DNA of 64,000 bases from Escherichia coli (GCF_050920415.1 NZ_CP169309.1); one strand, 5' to 3'. Positions 21,544 to 33,436 are shown, numbered from the stretch's first letter. The notes: generated by a model from the letters alone, not told the origin. Program-made: numbers and translations.

Positions 21544-22002
21544 TTATTGAGTGGAAACAAGAAGTTTATAAATTTTCTCCAGGTCGTCGATATTTCGAAC
21601 GCGGATTAACAGCCGGCGCTGTTCTAATTGCATCACCAACACGCCATCTTCAGACAAGTTCATCGCTTTAATTCGACTATATTCAATCCAGACATTGGCG
21701 AAGAAAAAACCTTTTTGTTTAAAGATGATCTTCGGAACGCGGATCCAGAATATATAAAAACCCATCAGAGCCAGTGCACTTAATAACCATGTCGTTATTT
21801 GCGCGCCATGATTCGTGACGTTGTTATAGATAAGAATGACAATCAATCCGACGAAGATAACGCTATCGATGCGACCACGCCGGAGCAAAGGAATTGCCAG
21901 CAGAGTGGGGCCGTTGCGGCGGGGCATGATGAACTGATCGTAGATCGCGAAGGTCAGGAGTGCGGCGATAAAAAGAATCAGTACCAGGTCCGTGATTGTC
22001 AT
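21544..22002 (-). CDS. yobD: UPF0266 inner membrane protein YobD
   Basis: ORF 152 aa, hydrophobic. Confidence 0.85.
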   Translation of the reverse strand: MTITDLVLILFIAALLTFAIYDQFIMPRRNGPTLLAIPLLRRGRIDSVIFVGLIVILIYNNVTNHGAQITTWLLSALALMGFYIFWIRVPKIIFKQKGFFFANVWIEYSRIKAMNLSEDGVLVMQLEQRRLLIRVRNIDDLEKIYKLLVSTQ

Positions 22003-22013
22003 TAATCCTCCAG

Positions 22014-22040
22014 ATAAAAAAACGGGGCCAAAAGGCCCCG
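22014..22040 (-). terminator. intrinsic terminator after manZ
   Basis: minus-strand hairpin CGGGGCC-TTTT-GGCCCCG followed by TTTTTTT. Confidence 0.8.
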
Positions 22041-22056
22041 GTAGTGTACAACAGTC

Positions 22057-22917
22057 TTACAGTCCCAGTAGGCCGCAAGCATAACCCGCGATACCGATGA
22101 CGAAGAAGCCAACGATGATCCACAGCGGATTAACTTTTTTGCGCAGCAGCCACATACAAGCAAAGGTCAGCAGTAGCGGTACCAGGCCCGGCATTAACTG
22201 GTCAAGAATAGTCTGGACAGTGGTAACGTGTTCTTTGCCCGTCTGGTCAGTAATGCGAGAGACAACCAGCGGGATGTTGACATGTGTCCACTTGTTAACC
22301 AATGCCCCCATGACAAACAGGCCGAGAATAGACGCCCCTTCCGTCAGTTTTTGCAGGAAGCCGCCACCCATATCTTTAACGATATCGATACCTTTGGAGT
22401 AACCATACGCTACGCCGTAATAACGGGTTGCCAGACGCACCAGGTTAAACAGGATGAAGAACAGAAGCGGACCTAACAGGCTGCCGCTCATCGCGATACC
22501 GGCACCCAGCGCTGCAAATACCGGACGTACCGTTCCCCAGAAGATCGGGTCGCCCACACCAGCCAGCGGGCCCATCAAACCAACTTTGATACCGTTGATA
22601 GCACCGTCGTCGATCTCTGCGCCATTAGCACGCTGTTCTTCCAGCGCCAGGGTTACGCCGAGAATCGGCGCAGCCACGAACGGCTGGGTGTTAAAGAACT
22701 CCAGGTGACGGCGAATAGCTTGTTTACGAGCTTCGTTGTTCTCAGGGTAGAGGCGACGAATTGCCGGTACCATAGAGAAGCAGAAACCCAGTGCCTGCAT
22801 ACGTTCGAAGTTCCATGAACCCTGGAAGAGGTTAGAACGCAGGAAGACGCCACGAATATCACTTTGAGTGAGTTTTTTCTCGGTGGTAGTTTGAGTTGTA
22901 TCAACCATTTCGCTCAC
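22057..22917 (-). CDS. manZ: mannose PTS EIID component
   Basis: ORF 286 aa (K-12 annotation may start at Met4, 283 aa). Confidence 0.95.
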   Translation of the reverse strand: MSEMVDTTQTTTEKKLTQSDIRGVFLRSNLFQGSWNFERMQALGFCFSMVPAIRRLYPENNEARKQAIRRHLEFFNTQPFVAAPILGVTLALEEQRANGAEIDDGAINGIKVGLMGPLAGVGDPIFWGTVRPVFAALGAGIAMSGSLLGPLLFFILFNLVRLATRYYGVAYGYSKGIDIVKDMGGGFLQKLTEGASILGLFVMGALVNKWTHVNIPLVVSRITDQTGKEHVTTVQTILDQLMPGLVPLLLTFACMWLLRKKVNPLWIIVGFFVIGIAGYACGLLGL

Positions 22918-22920
22918 CTG

Positions 22921-23721
22921 TTAGTCCAGTTCGTTATCGAGATCGTTGTTACCAGCTGCCTGAGCAGGCGCACCGGCTACGCGGTTGTATTTCGGGCTAA
23001 GTTGGATGTAGAGCACTGCCATAACAGTACCAATCACACCCAGAGCAACCAGGTTAAAGTTGGTGAATGCTGCGGTTACGAAGCCGAGGTAGAAGAACGG
23101 CATCAGGTAGCCAGCACGCATCATGTTGATAACCATCGCATAACCAACCACCACGATCATGCCACCGGCGATATTCAGACCATTGGTTACCACTTCCGGA
23201 ATCGCATTCAGCATGTTCTGTACTTCGCTGGTACCAACAGACAGCGCAACGATGACGGCTGGAATAGCCACACGCATTGCTTGCAGGAACAGAGAAGAAA
23301 CGTGGATCCAGGAAATCGCTGTCAGGTTGCCGTTATCTGCAGCCTTATCCGCAGCGTGCTGGAAAGCAACGGTAATAGTACGAACGATGATGGTCAGTAC
23401 CTGGCCCGCAGCGGCCAGAGGGATTGCCAGTGCGATACCCGCACCAATGCTCTGATGACCTGCAATAACCAGAATGGTAGAAATGATAGAAGCCAGAGCG
23501 GCGTCAGGCGCAACGGCAGCACCGATGTTCATCCAGCCCAGCGCGATCATTTCCAGCGTACCACCGATAATAATACCGGTTTTCATATCCCCAAGAACGA
23601 TACCCACCAGGGTACACGCGATTAGCGGACGGTGAAACTGAAATTCATCGAGGATTGATCCCATACCTGCGATACAGGCTACGATAAATACCAGCACAAT
23701 TTGAAGAGTGGTAATCTCCAT
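22921..23721 (-). CDS. manY: mannose PTS EIIC component
   Basis: ORF 266 aa; 3 nt upstream of manZ. Confidence 0.95.
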   Translation of the reverse strand: MEITTLQIVLVFIVACIAGMGSILDEFQFHRPLIACTLVGIVLGDMKTGIIIGGTLEMIALGWMNIGAAVAPDAALASIISTILVIAGHQSIGAGIALAIPLAAAGQVLTIIVRTITVAFQHAADKAADNGNLTAISWIHVSSLFLQAMRVAIPAVIVALSVGTSEVQNMLNAIPEVVTNGLNIAGGMIVVVGYAMVINMMRAGYLMPFFYLGFVTAAFTNFNLVALGVIGTVMAVLYIQLSPKYNRVAGAPAQAAGNNDLDNELD

Positions 23722-23783
23722 TGTACTTCTCCTGTTTACGTAAGACTTAAGTGTGAAAACTGAGTGATAATCAACACAATACG

Positions 23784-24755
23784 TTACTTATCGATTTTGC
23801 TGATCAGATCCATCATTTTCAGTTTCGGATCGGTGGAAACCTTACGGACTTCCAGCTCAATACCGCGCGCATTCAGTTTCTTGAACGCCTCGATATCTTT
23901 TTCATCAACCGAAACCGCGTTATTCACCTGGGTTTTACCCTGACGGAATGCCATACCACCGACGTTAACAGAGGTGATTTTCACGCCGCCTTCAACGAGA
24001 CGCTCAACATCTGTAGGGTTGGTAAATAACAGCATTACGCGTTCGCCAGCATATTTCGGGTTGTTGTAGACGCGAATCATTTTGGCGACATCAACCACGT
24101 GCGCTGTTACGCCCGGAGGTGCAACCTGGGTGAGCAGTGTCTTACGAACGGTATCCGCAGCCACTTCATCACTAACAACAATAATACGGGAGACATTGGT
24201 TTCTTTAGTCCAGCGGGTAGCGACTTGACCGTGAATCAGACGGTCGTCGATACGCGCAAGACCGATGACCATGTAGTCGTTTGGTCCCATTGGTTTTGCC
24301 GGAGTTGGAGCCGTTTTTGGGGCAGCGGCAGCGGGGGCTGGCGCGGCTTTTTCAACCGGTTTGGCTTTCAGTGCTTTCACGCCTTCACGGCCTGTTTCTA
24401 CTGCCAGTGCCACCAGTTCATCAAAGCTTGGGTCATCATCACGGGCCATTAACGTTTCCACGAGCATTGGAATGTTAACGCCTGCAATGACTTCATAATG
24501 CTCTTTGTCGACGACAATGCGGCTGGCAGCATTGAACGGGCTGCCTCCCCATGTATCAACGAGAAACAGCACGCCTTTAGTGGTGTCGAGTTTTGCCAAC
24601 TGAGCGTTATACTTTTCAATCAGCGTTTCGGCATTTTCACCTGGAACGAAATCGATCCAGCCGACGTTTTCCTGCTCGCCTAACAGCATTTCTGCCGTTT
24701 TAAGCAACTGCTCTGCAGCCCAACCATGTGTGCCTATAACAATAGCAATGGTCAC
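23784..24755 (-). CDS. manX: mannose PTS EIIAB component
   Basis: ORF 323 aa; Ala/Pro-rich linker (PVEKAAPAPAAAAPK) between IIA and IIB domains. Confidence 0.95.
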   Translation of the reverse strand: MTIAIVIGTHGWAAEQLLKTAEMLLGEQENVGWIDFVPGENAETLIEKYNAQLAKLDTTKGVLFLVDTWGGSPFNAASRIVVDKEHYEVIAGVNIPMLVETLMARDDDPSFDELVALAVETGREGVKALKAKPVEKAAPAPAAAAPKTAPTPAKPMGPNDYMVIGLARIDDRLIHGQVATRWTKETNVSRIIVVSDEVAADTVRKTLLTQVAPPGVTAHVVDVAKMIRVYNNPKYAGERVMLLFTNPTDVERLVEGGVKITSVNVGGMAFRQGKTQVNNAVSVDEKDIEAFKKLNARGIELEVRKVSTDPKLKMMDLISKIDK

Positions 24756-24872
24756 TTGCTACCTCCTTTATTATCGTTAACACCTCAACGTGCCAGATGT
24801 ATTTTTGAATCGTCGTCCACAATCGAATCGATTCAGATAAGGGCTACAACCAAAAACCCCTGCGTTTCGCGA

Positions 24873-24896
24873 TTTATTTTAGATATCGAAAAAATT
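24873..24896. promoter_or_regulatory. candidate Mlc/NagC-type operator in manX promoter
   Basis: Imperfect palindrome TTTTAGATATCGAAAA in the manX-yoaE divergent region; Mlc control of manXYZ is established, exact site not verified. Confidence 0.35.
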
Positions 24897-25217
24897 ATTT
24901 TATGTGATGAAGATCCGTAATTTAACTTTCGATTAGCAGAAATTTCGAAAGGTAAAATATCCTTGTCACATTCGTTTGCAAAGGAAGGTAAATCTTTGCC
25001 AAATCAGATGTGTCTCTGATATGTTTAACTCCCGTTTAACAACCATGGAGTATAGGGCAGTAGCCCGCAGTATGGATCGTCACCGACGTCATTTCAGCAT
25101 CAGGCCTTTTAACGCCTGCTTTTCTGGCACTTTATGCCGCACCTTTCGTTTGCCTTTTGTCGTTACGCCTGCATTATTTCTGGCGCCGAATAGCTATTCC
25201 TTAAGCAGGAGCTTGTC

Positions 25218-26774
25218 ATGGAATTCTTAATGGACCCCTCAATTTGGGCGGGGCTACTCACGCTTGTTGTTCTCGAAATTGTGCTGGGTATCGATAACCT
25301 GGTCTTCATCGCCATTCTTGCTGACAAACTGCCGCCAAAACAACGCGATAAAGCGCGTTTGCTGGGATTATCACTGGCGCTGATTATGCGTCTGGGGCTG
25401 CTGTCGCTGATTTCATGGATGGTCACGCTGACCAAACCGCTCTTTACCGTCATGGATTTCTCCTTCTCCGGACGCGACCTGATTATGTTGTTCGGGGGGA
25501 TATTCTTGCTGTTCAAAGCAACAACCGAACTGCATGAACGGCTGGAAAACCGCGATCATGATTCCGGCCACGGTAAAGGCTACGCCAGTTTCTGGGTGGT
25601 CGTCACACAGATCGTCATCCTTGACGCCGTCTTCTCGTTGGATGCGGTAATTACGGCAGTAGGGATGGTTAACCATCTACCGGTGATGATGGCGGCGGTG
25701 GTGATTGCGATGGCGGTCATGTTGCTGGCATCGAAACCGCTGACGCGATTTGTTAATCAGCATCCAACGGTGGTGGTGCTCTGTCTGAGCTTCCTGTTAA
25801 TGATTGGTCTGAGTCTGGTGGCAGAAGGTTTCGGTTTCCACATTCCGAAAGGTTACCTGTATGCCGCGATTGGCTTCTCGATCATCATCGAAGTGTTTAA
25901 CCAGATTGCGCGTCGCAACTTTATTCGTCACCAGTCGACTTTGCCGCTGCGTGCGCGTACTGCCGATGCCATCCTGCGTTTGATGGGGGGGAAACGTCAG
26001 GCCAATGTTCAGCACGATGCCGATAACCCGATGCCTATCCCGGTACCGGAAGGTGCGTTTGCCGAAGAAGAACGTTACATGATTAACGGCGTACTGACGC
26101 TGGCGTCGCGTTCTCTGCGCGGGATCATGACGCCGCGCGGTGAAATAAGTTGGGTTGACGCTAATCTCGGGGTGGATGAAATCCGTGAGCAGCTGCTCTC
26201 CTCACCGCACAGTCTGTTCCCGGTATGTCGCGGTGAACTGGATGAAATCATCGGTATCGTACGTGCTAAAGAACTGCTGGTGGCGCTCGAAGAAGGTGTT
26301 GATGTGGCGGCGATTGCTTCGGCGTCTCCGGCGATTATCGTCCCTGAAACCCTTGACCCGATCAACCTACTGGGCGTGCTGCGTCGTGCTCGCGGGAGCT
26401 TCGTTATCGTGACCAACGAGTTTGGTGTGGTACAAGGCCTGGTCACGCCGCTGGATGTGCTGGAAGCCATTGCGGGTGAATTCCCGGACGCTGACGAAAC
26501 GCCGGAAATCATTACCGATGGTGACGGCTGGCTGGTAAAAGGCGGTACAGATTTGCATGCCTTGCAGCAGGCGCTTGATGTTGAGCACCTTGCCGATGAC
26601 GATGATATCGCGACGGTCGCGGGCCTCGTGATCTCGGCAAATGGTCACATTCCCCGTGTGGGCGATGTGATTGATGTAGGGCCACTGCATATCACCATCA
26701 TTGAAGCCAATGATTATCGTGTTGATCTGGTTCGCATTGTTAAAGAGCAACCGGCGCACGATGAAGATGAGTAA
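25218..26774 (+). CDS. yoaE: TerC-family membrane protein with CBS/CorC domains
   Basis: ORF 518 aa. Confidence 0.9.
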   Translation: MEFLMDPSIWAGLLTLVVLEIVLGIDNLVFIAILADKLPPKQRDKARLLGLSLALIMRLGLLSLISWMVTLTKPLFTVMDFSFSGRDLIMLFGGIFLLFKATTELHERLENRDHDSGHGKGYASFWVVVTQIVILDAVFSLDAVITAVGMVNHLPVMMAAVVIAMAVMLLASKPLTRFVNQHPTVVVLCLSFLLMIGLSLVAEGFGFHIPKGYLYAAIGFSIIIEVFNQIARRNFIRHQSTLPLRARTADAILRLMGGKRQANVQHDADNPMPIPVPEGAFAEEERYMINGVLTLASRSLRGIMTPRGEISWVDANLGVDEIREQLLSSPHSLFPVCRGELDEIIGIVRAKELLVALEEGVDVAAIASASPAIIVPETLDPINLLGVLRRARGSFVIVTNEFGVVQGLVTPLDVLEAIAGEFPDADETPEIITDGDGWLVKGGTDLHALQQALDVEHLADDDDIATVAGLVISANGHIPRVGDVIDVGPLHITIIEANDYRVDLVRIVKEQPAHDEDE

Positions 26775-26777
26775 GCG

Positions 26778-28376
26778 TTAACGTAACGGCATAACGGGCG
26801 TGATATGTCCATTATGCCGGGCGGGCGGCGGTTGGCTGCCCGCCAGCCATTTGGGAAAATCACGTAGCGGCATCGGCTGTGCGTACAAATACCCTTGCAA
26901 AATATGCACGCCATGACGGCGCAAATACTTCGCCTGTTCTTGTGTTTCCACACCCTCCGCCACCAGTTCAATATTCAGTCTTTGCCCCAGTGCGATGATG
27001 ATATCGGTCACCGTCGAGTTAACCGCGTCAGAACCTATAGCTGCGGTAAATGACTTATCAATTTTCAGCACGTCAGGACGTAATGTTTCAAGCCAGGAAA
27101 ATGAACTGTTGCCGGTGCCGAAGTCATCAATCGCCAGTTTGACGTTTTTACGATGCAGCTCGCGGGCAATCCGATAATCAACATCCAGTAAGGCATCGCG
27201 TTCGGTGATTTCGAGGATTAGTTGCTGAATCGGGTGAGCGCTAAACCAGTACTGATTGAGATCTTTTATCAGCACACCACGGCGAAAATGGCTGGGTGCG
27301 ACGTTAATGCCAATATGAAACTGACTACTCATTGGGAAAACATGCCGCTGACGGATGGTTTCTGCCATCACATAGCGGGTCAGTGGCACAATTAAATGAT
27401 GTTCTTCCGCGATAGGAATAAACACATCCGGTGAAATCCAGCCCTGACGTGGATTGTTCCAGCGCAGCAAAATCTCTACACCAATACATTGCTGGCTGCG
27501 CGCATTAAGCAAAGGCTGGCAGAACAATTCGAACTCATGTTGCGCCAGGCCCAGATTGATTTCACGGGAAAAACTCATCCGGTAAGCGGTCGCCAGCCAG
27601 GCGATATAGCTCACAAGTAAACTTAGCAGCACCGCCAGCGGTAATTGTGTTGGAAGATAGTGCCATGCCAGCGCCGTAGCCCCCGGACCATTAACGTTAA
27701 TGGTAAAAGGAAAGCGTTGCGAAGAAACATGATAGTTTTCATTGTCTTCAGGTTGCGGAAGGGAATCTACCAGCCCATTACCATAGAGCAAATGCCGATC
27801 GTCCACCGTCAGGCTGGCGCTACTGATTTGCGGCAGTTGTGGCTCAAGCAGCATTGCCGCCAGTAAGTCGATGTTGATCATCTCCATGACCCCAGCATTG
27901 CTGCTGCCCGCTGCAGGCGTCCATTGAATCAAAACCGGACTGCCTTTAATCAGGGCATGGTCGGTCGTCAGTCGTAAAAGTGGTTGCGGTGCAGGAAGTT
28001 CAGCCAGAATGTCCACGACGGGCACATTGCGATAACCAAAAATGCTGGAGCAATAAAGTGTGCCGTCTTGCACCAGGCCAATGGATCGCACAGTTTGGAG
28101 TTTTGCCGCCTGTTTACGTAATGGCAAATGGGCGACAGAGCAGGGCAGACCAATTAGCGGAAGTAAGACTTCGCTACCTGCCTGTAGGGGAAGCAGTACT
28201 TTATCTAATTCCTCTACAGCGTGATTGGCGAATTGTACTACCCGTTGTTGATTTAAGTTACGCTGTGAAATAAATCGCACGCTCAGGGTCGAAGCGAGCG
28301 TAACGAGTGCGCAAATCGTACAAACAATCATTCGATTACGGCGATAGGTTTTAATGATCCGTTGTGCTTTTTGCAT
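26778..28376 (-). CDS. pdeD: c-di-GMP phosphodiesterase PdeD (CSS-domain EAL protein)
   Basis: ORF 26778..28406; EAL-domain signature IGVEILLRW visible; 532 aa from MQKAQRII...; start uncertain. Confidence 0.85.
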   Translation of the reverse strand: MQKAQRIIKTYRRNRMIVCTICALVTLASTLSVRFISQRNLNQQRVVQFANHAVEELDKVLLPLQAGSEVLLPLIGLPCSVAHLPLRKQAAKLQTVRSIGLVQDGTLYCSSIFGYRNVPVVDILAELPAPQPLLRLTTDHALIKGSPVLIQWTPAAGSSNAGVMEMINIDLLAAMLLEPQLPQISSASLTVDDRHLLYGNGLVDSLPQPEDNENYHVSSQRFPFTINVNGPGATALAWHYLPTQLPLAVLLSLLVSYIAWLATAYRMSFSREINLGLAQHEFELFCQPLLNARSQQCIGVEILLRWNNPRQGWISPDVFIPIAEEHHLIVPLTRYVMAETIRQRHVFPMSSQFHIGINVAPSHFRRGVLIKDLNQYWFSAHPIQQLILEITERDALLDVDYRIARELHRKNVKLAIDDFGTGNSSFSWLETLRPDVLKIDKSFTAAIGSDAVNSTVTDIIIALGQRLNIELVAEGVETQEQAKYLRRHGVHILQGYLYAQPMPLRDFPKWLAGSQPPPARHNGHITPVMPLR

Positions 28377-28472
28377 GCGGGCCACCCTGTAAGCGTATGG
28401 CGACAAACGCCTGAAGCAACAGTGGAAGTGTAGTGGGGAAAATTACAGCAGACGAGAAAGCAGGGATAAATT

Positions 28473-28495
28473 CGCCCATCCGTTGCAGATGGGCG
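28473..28495 (-). terminator. candidate terminator hairpin after sdaA
   Basis: stem CGCCCATC / GATGGGCG; weak T-tract. Confidence 0.4.
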
Positions 28496-28506
28496 AGGAT
28501 AAAGTA

Positions 28507-29871
28507 TTAGTCACACTGGACTTTAATTGCCAGACCACCACGAGACGTTTCGCGGTACTTGGCGTTCATGTCTTTACCGGTTTCGTACATCGTTTCGATG
28601 ACTTTATCCAGCGAGACGCGCGGCGCACTGGTGCGACGCAGGGCCATCCGCGCGGCGTTAATCGCCTTGACTGACGCAATGGCGTTACGTTCAATGCACG
28701 GCACCTGAACTTGCCCTGCAACAGGGTCACAGGTCAGACCGAGGTTGTGCTCCATGCCAATTTCCGCTGCCACACAAACCTGTTCCGGGCTACCGCCCAA
28801 CAGCTCGGCAAGGCCCGCAGCAGCCATTGAACAGGCAACACCCACTTCGCCCTGGCAACCGACTTCCGCACCGGAAATAGAGGCGTTCATTTTATACAGT
28901 GCACCAATCGCGCCCGCAGCCATAAAGTAACGGGTATAGATGTCCGGGCTAACCGATTCAATAAAGTGGTCATAATAAGCCAGCACTGCCGGAACAATGC
29001 CACAAGCACCGTTGGTTGGCGCAGTTACCACACGACCACCGGCGGCGTTTTCTTCGTTAACTGCCAGCGCAAACATGTTTACCCAGTCAATGACATTCAT
29101 CGGATCGTTAGACAGTTTATCGCTGGAAACCAGCATCCGGCGCAGGGCCGACGCACGACGCGGCACGCGCAGCGGGCCTGGCAGTACGCCTTCGGTGTTC
29201 ATCCCGCGATCGATACATGCCTGCATGGTTTGCCAGACATGCGCGAAATACTCGTCGATCTCTTTCTTGCTGTGCAGCGCCAGTTCGTTCTGCATAGCGA
29301 GACCAGACAGCGAATAGCCGGTTTCATTACAGTACGCGAGCAGTTCGGTGGCAGATTTGAACGGATACGGCACGCTCACTTCGTTGGCTGCATCCTGACC
29401 AAAGTGTTCTTCATCGACGATAAAACCGCCGCCGATGGAATAATAAGTTTTGCTGTAGACGACTTCATCGCCGTTATAGGCGTGGATTTGCATACCGTTT
29501 TCATGCAGCGGCAGGTTGCCGTTATGAAAACGCATCCCGTTGTCGCGCGGGAAATCCACTTCATGCCGTCCCTGTGCCAGCAGCAGACGTTCGCGCTCTT
29601 CTACGTCGCGAATAAAACCGGGAATACTGTCGATATCCACGGTGGCAGGTTCGTTACCTGCAAGACCCATAATAATGGCGATATCGGTGTGGTGGCCTTT
29701 ACCCGTCAGCGACAGTGAACCATAAACGTCCACGGCAACGCGAGTAACGCTATCCAGTAAGCCTTTTTCGACCAGATCATCGACGAACTGTTTACCCGCC
29801 TTCATAGGCCCTACGGTATGGGAAGATGAGGGACCAATCCCCACCTTAAACATGTCGAATAGACTAATCAC
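28507..29871 (-). CDS. sdaA: L-serine deaminase I
   Basis: ORF 454 aa; Fe-S L-serine dehydratase. Confidence 0.95.
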   Translation of the reverse strand: MISLFDMFKVGIGPSSSHTVGPMKAGKQFVDDLVEKGLLDSVTRVAVDVYGSLSLTGKGHHTDIAIIMGLAGNEPATVDIDSIPGFIRDVEERERLLLAQGRHEVDFPRDNGMRFHNGNLPLHENGMQIHAYNGDEVVYSKTYYSIGGGFIVDEEHFGQDAANEVSVPYPFKSATELLAYCNETGYSLSGLAMQNELALHSKKEIDEYFAHVWQTMQACIDRGMNTEGVLPGPLRVPRRASALRRMLVSSDKLSNDPMNVIDWVNMFALAVNEENAAGGRVVTAPTNGACGIVPAVLAYYDHFIESVSPDIYTRYFMAAGAIGALYKMNASISGAEVGCQGEVGVACSMAAAGLAELLGGSPEQVCVAAEIGMEHNLGLTCDPVAGQVQVPCIERNAIASVKAINAARMALRRTSAPRVSLDKVIETMYETGKDMNAKYRETSRGGLAIKVQCD

Positions 29872-30054
29872 GATAATACTCCTGACAAGGTGACTGGACT
29901 TCCAGTAACGAACGAATAACAGCGCATAGTGTAAGAGGGAACGCGGCGACTGGCTTAACTATTCACATGAATTAAACTAATCAAAAACCGCGATTTAACT
30001 AATATTGCGATGATTGTCTCAAGTAGTGTTTTGTAGATGTAAAGATAAGTATAG

Positions 30055-30633
30055 TCAGGGTTTCACACCAATTTGCAGCGCCAGCTCACGAATTATGCCT
30101 GCGGTCATTCCCCATACAAAATACTGTTCATACCAGGACAGCCATACCCGATGTGAATCGCCACGGCGGTAGATATCTAAAGGGTGATAACGACCCAGAT
30201 GTAATGCCTGGGCGAGCGGCATTTCAAACACAGCGGAGACTTCATCTTCACTGGCGCGATACGGCAGATCGGGCGGGATAATGCCGACCACTGGCGTTAC
30301 CTGGTAGCCAGTGACGCTATCGACGGGCGGCAGCACGCCGATAACTTCGACGGCGGAAGGTGGTATAGCAACCTCTTCTTCAGCTTCGCGCAGCGCAGCG
30401 GCGATAACTGACGCGTCCGTATCATCCACTGCGCCGCCTGGAAACGCCACTTGTCCGGCGTGTTTACGCAGATGAATCGAACGCTGAGTCAGCAACAACC
30501 CCGGTTGCGGTCGACGGACGATGGGGATTAACACGGCAGCCTGACGATGATTTAGGGTTTCCCGGTTAATTTGCGGGCGCAAAAGTTGAAAACGCGATAA
30601 AAAATCATCAAGCGTCAGGCTACGGTATTCCAC
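30055..30633 (-). CDS. nudL: Nudix hydrolase NudL (CoA pyrophosphatase-like)
   Basis: ORF 192 aa; Nudix box [22 protein letters not shown]; 3 nt after pabB stop. Confidence 0.9.
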
Positions 30634-30636
30634 GTC

Positions 30637-31998
30637 TTACTTCTCCAGTTGGCGTAATATCTTATTAACTTTATCAAAAGTTTCCTGATATTCCGCTTCT
30701 TCCTGGCTATCGGCGACAATTCCACCGCCCGCAGAGCAGTATATTTGTCCGTTAATGGCAGTCAGCGTGCGGATAGTAATGCTGGTATCCATGTTGCCGC
30801 AAAAGCTCAAATAGCCAATGCTGCCGCACCAGGCATTGCGTCGCTGCGGTTCCAGTTCGTCGATAATTTCCATAGCCCGTACTTTCGGTGCTCCAGTTAT
30901 TGAGCCACCAGGAAAAGCTGCGCGCAGCAGATCGCTGGTGTGTAACTGTTCTGGTAGTTGCGCCGTTATGGTGCTGACCAGATGATGCACGGCAGGGAAG
31001 GGTTCCACCACGAACAGCTCTGGTACTTTTACCGAACCTGCTACGGCAACACGACCGATATCATTACGCATTAAATCGACAATCATCAGATTTTCGGCAC
31101 GATCTTTCGCTGAGTTCGCCAGTTTTTCTGCTTGTTTGCTATCTTCCTGAGGATCGGGCAGGCGTGGTAGCGTGCCTTTAATCGGGCGGGTCTGGATTTC
31201 ACTATTATCACAAAGAATAAACCGCTCTGGCGAAAGGCTTAAAATCGCGCCCTGTTCAAGACGTAAAAAAGCGCTAAATGGCGCGCGGTTGGCCTGATTA
31301 AGCTGAAGGAATGCCTGCCATTCATCGCCAGAATAGGTCGCATGGAAACGCTGGGCGAGATTCACCTGATAGCAATCACCGCTGTGCAGATATTCCTGTA
31401 CCTGGCGAAATTTTTCGCCGTACAGCTCGCGGGTCATATTGGATTGCCAGTCGGAAGTGAGCGTGAAATCTTCCTGCGGCGAGAATTGCTGGCTTTCCAG
31501 CCAGGCCCGACGGGCATTGACATCATTATGACTCAGCAAAGAAACTGTTTGACGCTGGTGGTCGACAATGAGCGCCCAGTCGTAGATACCCACAGCCATA
31601 TCCGGCAGAACGATATCTTGCTGCGCAATTTCTGGCAGTGACTCAAAACGGCGGCCCAGATCGTAGCCAAACAACCCCAGCGCGCCGCCCTGAAATGGCA
31701 AATCTTCGTTATGCGCTGGGCGAATGTCTGCGCGATCCAGCACCTGCTGGAGCACCTGTAGCGGGTCATCAGTGGTCGTTGTGCATTTTTCGCTTTCACT
31801 AACAACGGTTTCTTTACCGAAAGTGGTTAAAGTGCAAATCGGCTCGGCGACCACAATATCAAAGCGGCTATATGGATGATCGGCATAGCCGGAGTGTAAA
31901 AGCATCGCCCACGGCAGGTGACTTAAGCGGGAGAAATAAAATTCAGCGGCGTCCTGACGCCAGGGTAAAGTAATCACAGCGGGAGATAACGTCTTCAT
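30637..31998 (-). CDS. pabB: aminodeoxychorismate synthase component I
   Basis: ORF 453 aa. Confidence 0.95.
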   Translation of the reverse strand: MKTLSPAVITLPWRQDAAEFYFSRLSHLPWAMLLHSGYADHPYSRFDIVVAEPICTLTTFGKETVVSESEKCTTTTDDPLQVLQQVLDRADIRPAHNEDLPFQGGALGLFGYDLGRRFESLPEIAQQDIVLPDMAVGIYDWALIVDHQRQTVSLLSHNDVNARRAWLESQQFSPQEDFTLTSDWQSNMTRELYGEKFRQVQEYLHSGDCYQVNLAQRFHATYSGDEWQAFLQLNQANRAPFSAFLRLEQGAILSLSPERFILCDNSEIQTRPIKGTLPRLPDPQEDSKQAEKLANSAKDRAENLMIVDLMRNDIGRVAVAGSVKVPELFVVEPFPAVHHLVSTITAQLPEQLHTSDLLRAAFPGGSITGAPKVRAMEIIDELEPQRRNAWCGSIGYLSFCGNMDTSITIRTLTAINGQIYCSAGGGIVADSQEEAEYQETFDKVNKILRQLEK

Positions 31999-32071
31999 CA
32001 GTCCTGACTCTACTGGCTATGTGCCGGGTAGCATGAAATAATTAGCGCCAACAATTTAGCAGGAGTTAACA

Positions 32072-32251
32072 ATGTTTGCAGGTTTACCTTCACTCACCCA
32101 TGAACAGCAGCAAAAAGCCGTCGAGCGGATCCAGGAACTGATGGCACAAGGGATGAGCAGCGGCCAGGCAATCGCGTTGGTGGCAGAAGAGCTGCGTGCC
32201 AACCATTCCGGCGAGCGAATCGTGGCGCGTTTTGAGGATGAAGACGAGTAA
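32072..32251 (+). CDS. yoaH: UPF0181 small protein YoaH
   Basis: 59-codon [62 protein letters not shown] read by eye; AGGAG RBS; not in ORF track. Confidence 0.8.
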
Positions 32252-32309
32252 CACACTAATCCGTATCGCTTTCGTTATAGAAGCCGATGGTTATTTGATT
32301 GTGAGAAAA

Positions 32310-32342
32310 AGGACGCTTTTCATATGTGATTAAAAGCGTCCT
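32310..32342. terminator. bidirectional terminator hairpin (yoaH / yoaC)
   Basis: stem AGGACGCTTTT / AAAAGCGTCCT with 11-nt loop, A/T tracts on both sides. Confidence 0.65.
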
Positions 32343-32370
32343 GACCCATTTATGCTGATGTAAATTTAAC

Positions 32371-32670
32371 TTAGACCAGTGCTTTTAGTTCTTCCTGCAT
32401 ATATGTTGAAAAGTATTCAGGATTTTTAATCACAATGCGTTCACCAGACTCCATTTTTTTTGCCCATCCAACCATTTTTTCCGTGAACCCCGGGTTCCAG
32501 CCTTCCTGGTCAGCTCGCGCCGTAATATCAGCGGCACTCGCGGGTACTCCCAGTTCTTTCAAATATTTAAAGATTCCCTTCGCCGTGCTTTCATTCATCG
32601 AACTTGGTGTTGGCGCTGATACATCCATGGCACCAATGAAATCCAGGGCTTTATCTATTACAGCAGGCAT
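32371..32670 (-). CDS. yoaC: DUF1889 protein YoaC
   Basis: ORF 32371..32730; start at MPAVIDKALDF... gives 99 aa; start uncertain. Confidence 0.75.
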   Translation of the reverse strand: MPAVIDKALDFIGAMDVSAPTPSSMNESTAKGIFKYLKELGVPASAADITARADQEGWNPGFTEKMVGWAKKMESGERIVIKNPEYFSTYMQEELKALV

Positions 32671-33091
32671 ATTCTTATCCTTAAAATTAACCATGTTATC
32701 GATAAGGCTATATATGACCTTAATTTGCATCTAATATCAAAGGGATTATAACGATATGGCACGAGTTAACCTGTTGACATTCAGGTGTTTTAAAGGTAGC
32801 AGCTCATGGTGTGTTATCCAGTAAGAGGGAGAAAATTAACGGTCAGTTCTCACGCTATAACCAGATTGTTCAGCTAAGAAAGAAAACCAGAGATGCTAAT
32901 CGAAGGGCGAACACAACGGCATTGTTATGTTTATTTATATAGTTAGTTTTATAGCTAAAATTGAAATTATAAAAATAAATAATGAATTAGCAGGAGCATC
33001 AACAGTAATATCTTAATCTCTGGTCGATTTATGTAAAACCGACCAGTATTATCGATAAATTATCGTCTGACTTATTTTGCTTCGATAAAGC

Positions 33092-33436
33092 TTACACCGC
33101 AGCCACAATCTTAATTTCAACTTTATACTTCGGGTTCATCAAACCCGCTTGTACCGTGCAGCGCACCGGCGCATGACCCGCGACAACCCAGGCATCCCAC
33201 GCTTTATTCATCGCCGCGAAGTCGTTTTTATCAGCCAGGAAAATGGTGGCATCCAGAATGCTCGATTTATTGCTGCCCTGTTTTTCCAGCACGGCGTCAA
33301 TCTGCGCCAGCGTGTTGGCGGTTTGCTCAAAGGCATTGGCGTCAAGGTTTTCCGGCACACCCGTATAGTAGAGAGTGTTGTTGTGGATCACGACATCAGA
33401 CCAGCGGGCTTCGGCGTCGATACGAACGATAGTCAT
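33092..33436 (-). CDS. yoaB: RidA/YjgF-family protein YoaB
   Basis: ORF 33092..33484; start at MTIVRIDAEARW... gives 114 aa; GAGGA RBS. Confidence 0.85.
   Translation of the reverse strand: MTIVRIDAEARWSDVVIHNNTLYYTGVPENLDANAFEQTANTLAQIDAVLEKQGSNKSSILDATIFLADKNDFAAMNKAWDAWVVAGHAPVRCTVQAGLMNPKYKVEIKIVAAV

Noticed and set aside
22864-23625. 253-aa plus-strand ORF
   Set aside because: Lies entirely antisense to manY, whose product is a well-conserved PTS EIIC; the translation is His/Asn/Arg-rich low-complexity typical of antisense frames.
28966-29718. 250-aa plus-strand ORF
   Set aside because: Antisense to sdaA (L-serine deaminase); no RBS and no recognisable domains.
32756-32824. 22-codon ORF MARVNLLTFRCFKGSSSWCVIQ in the yoaC-yoaB intergenic region
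   Set aside because: Weak RBS and no supporting evidence; cannot distinguish from chance without conservation or ribosome-profiling data.
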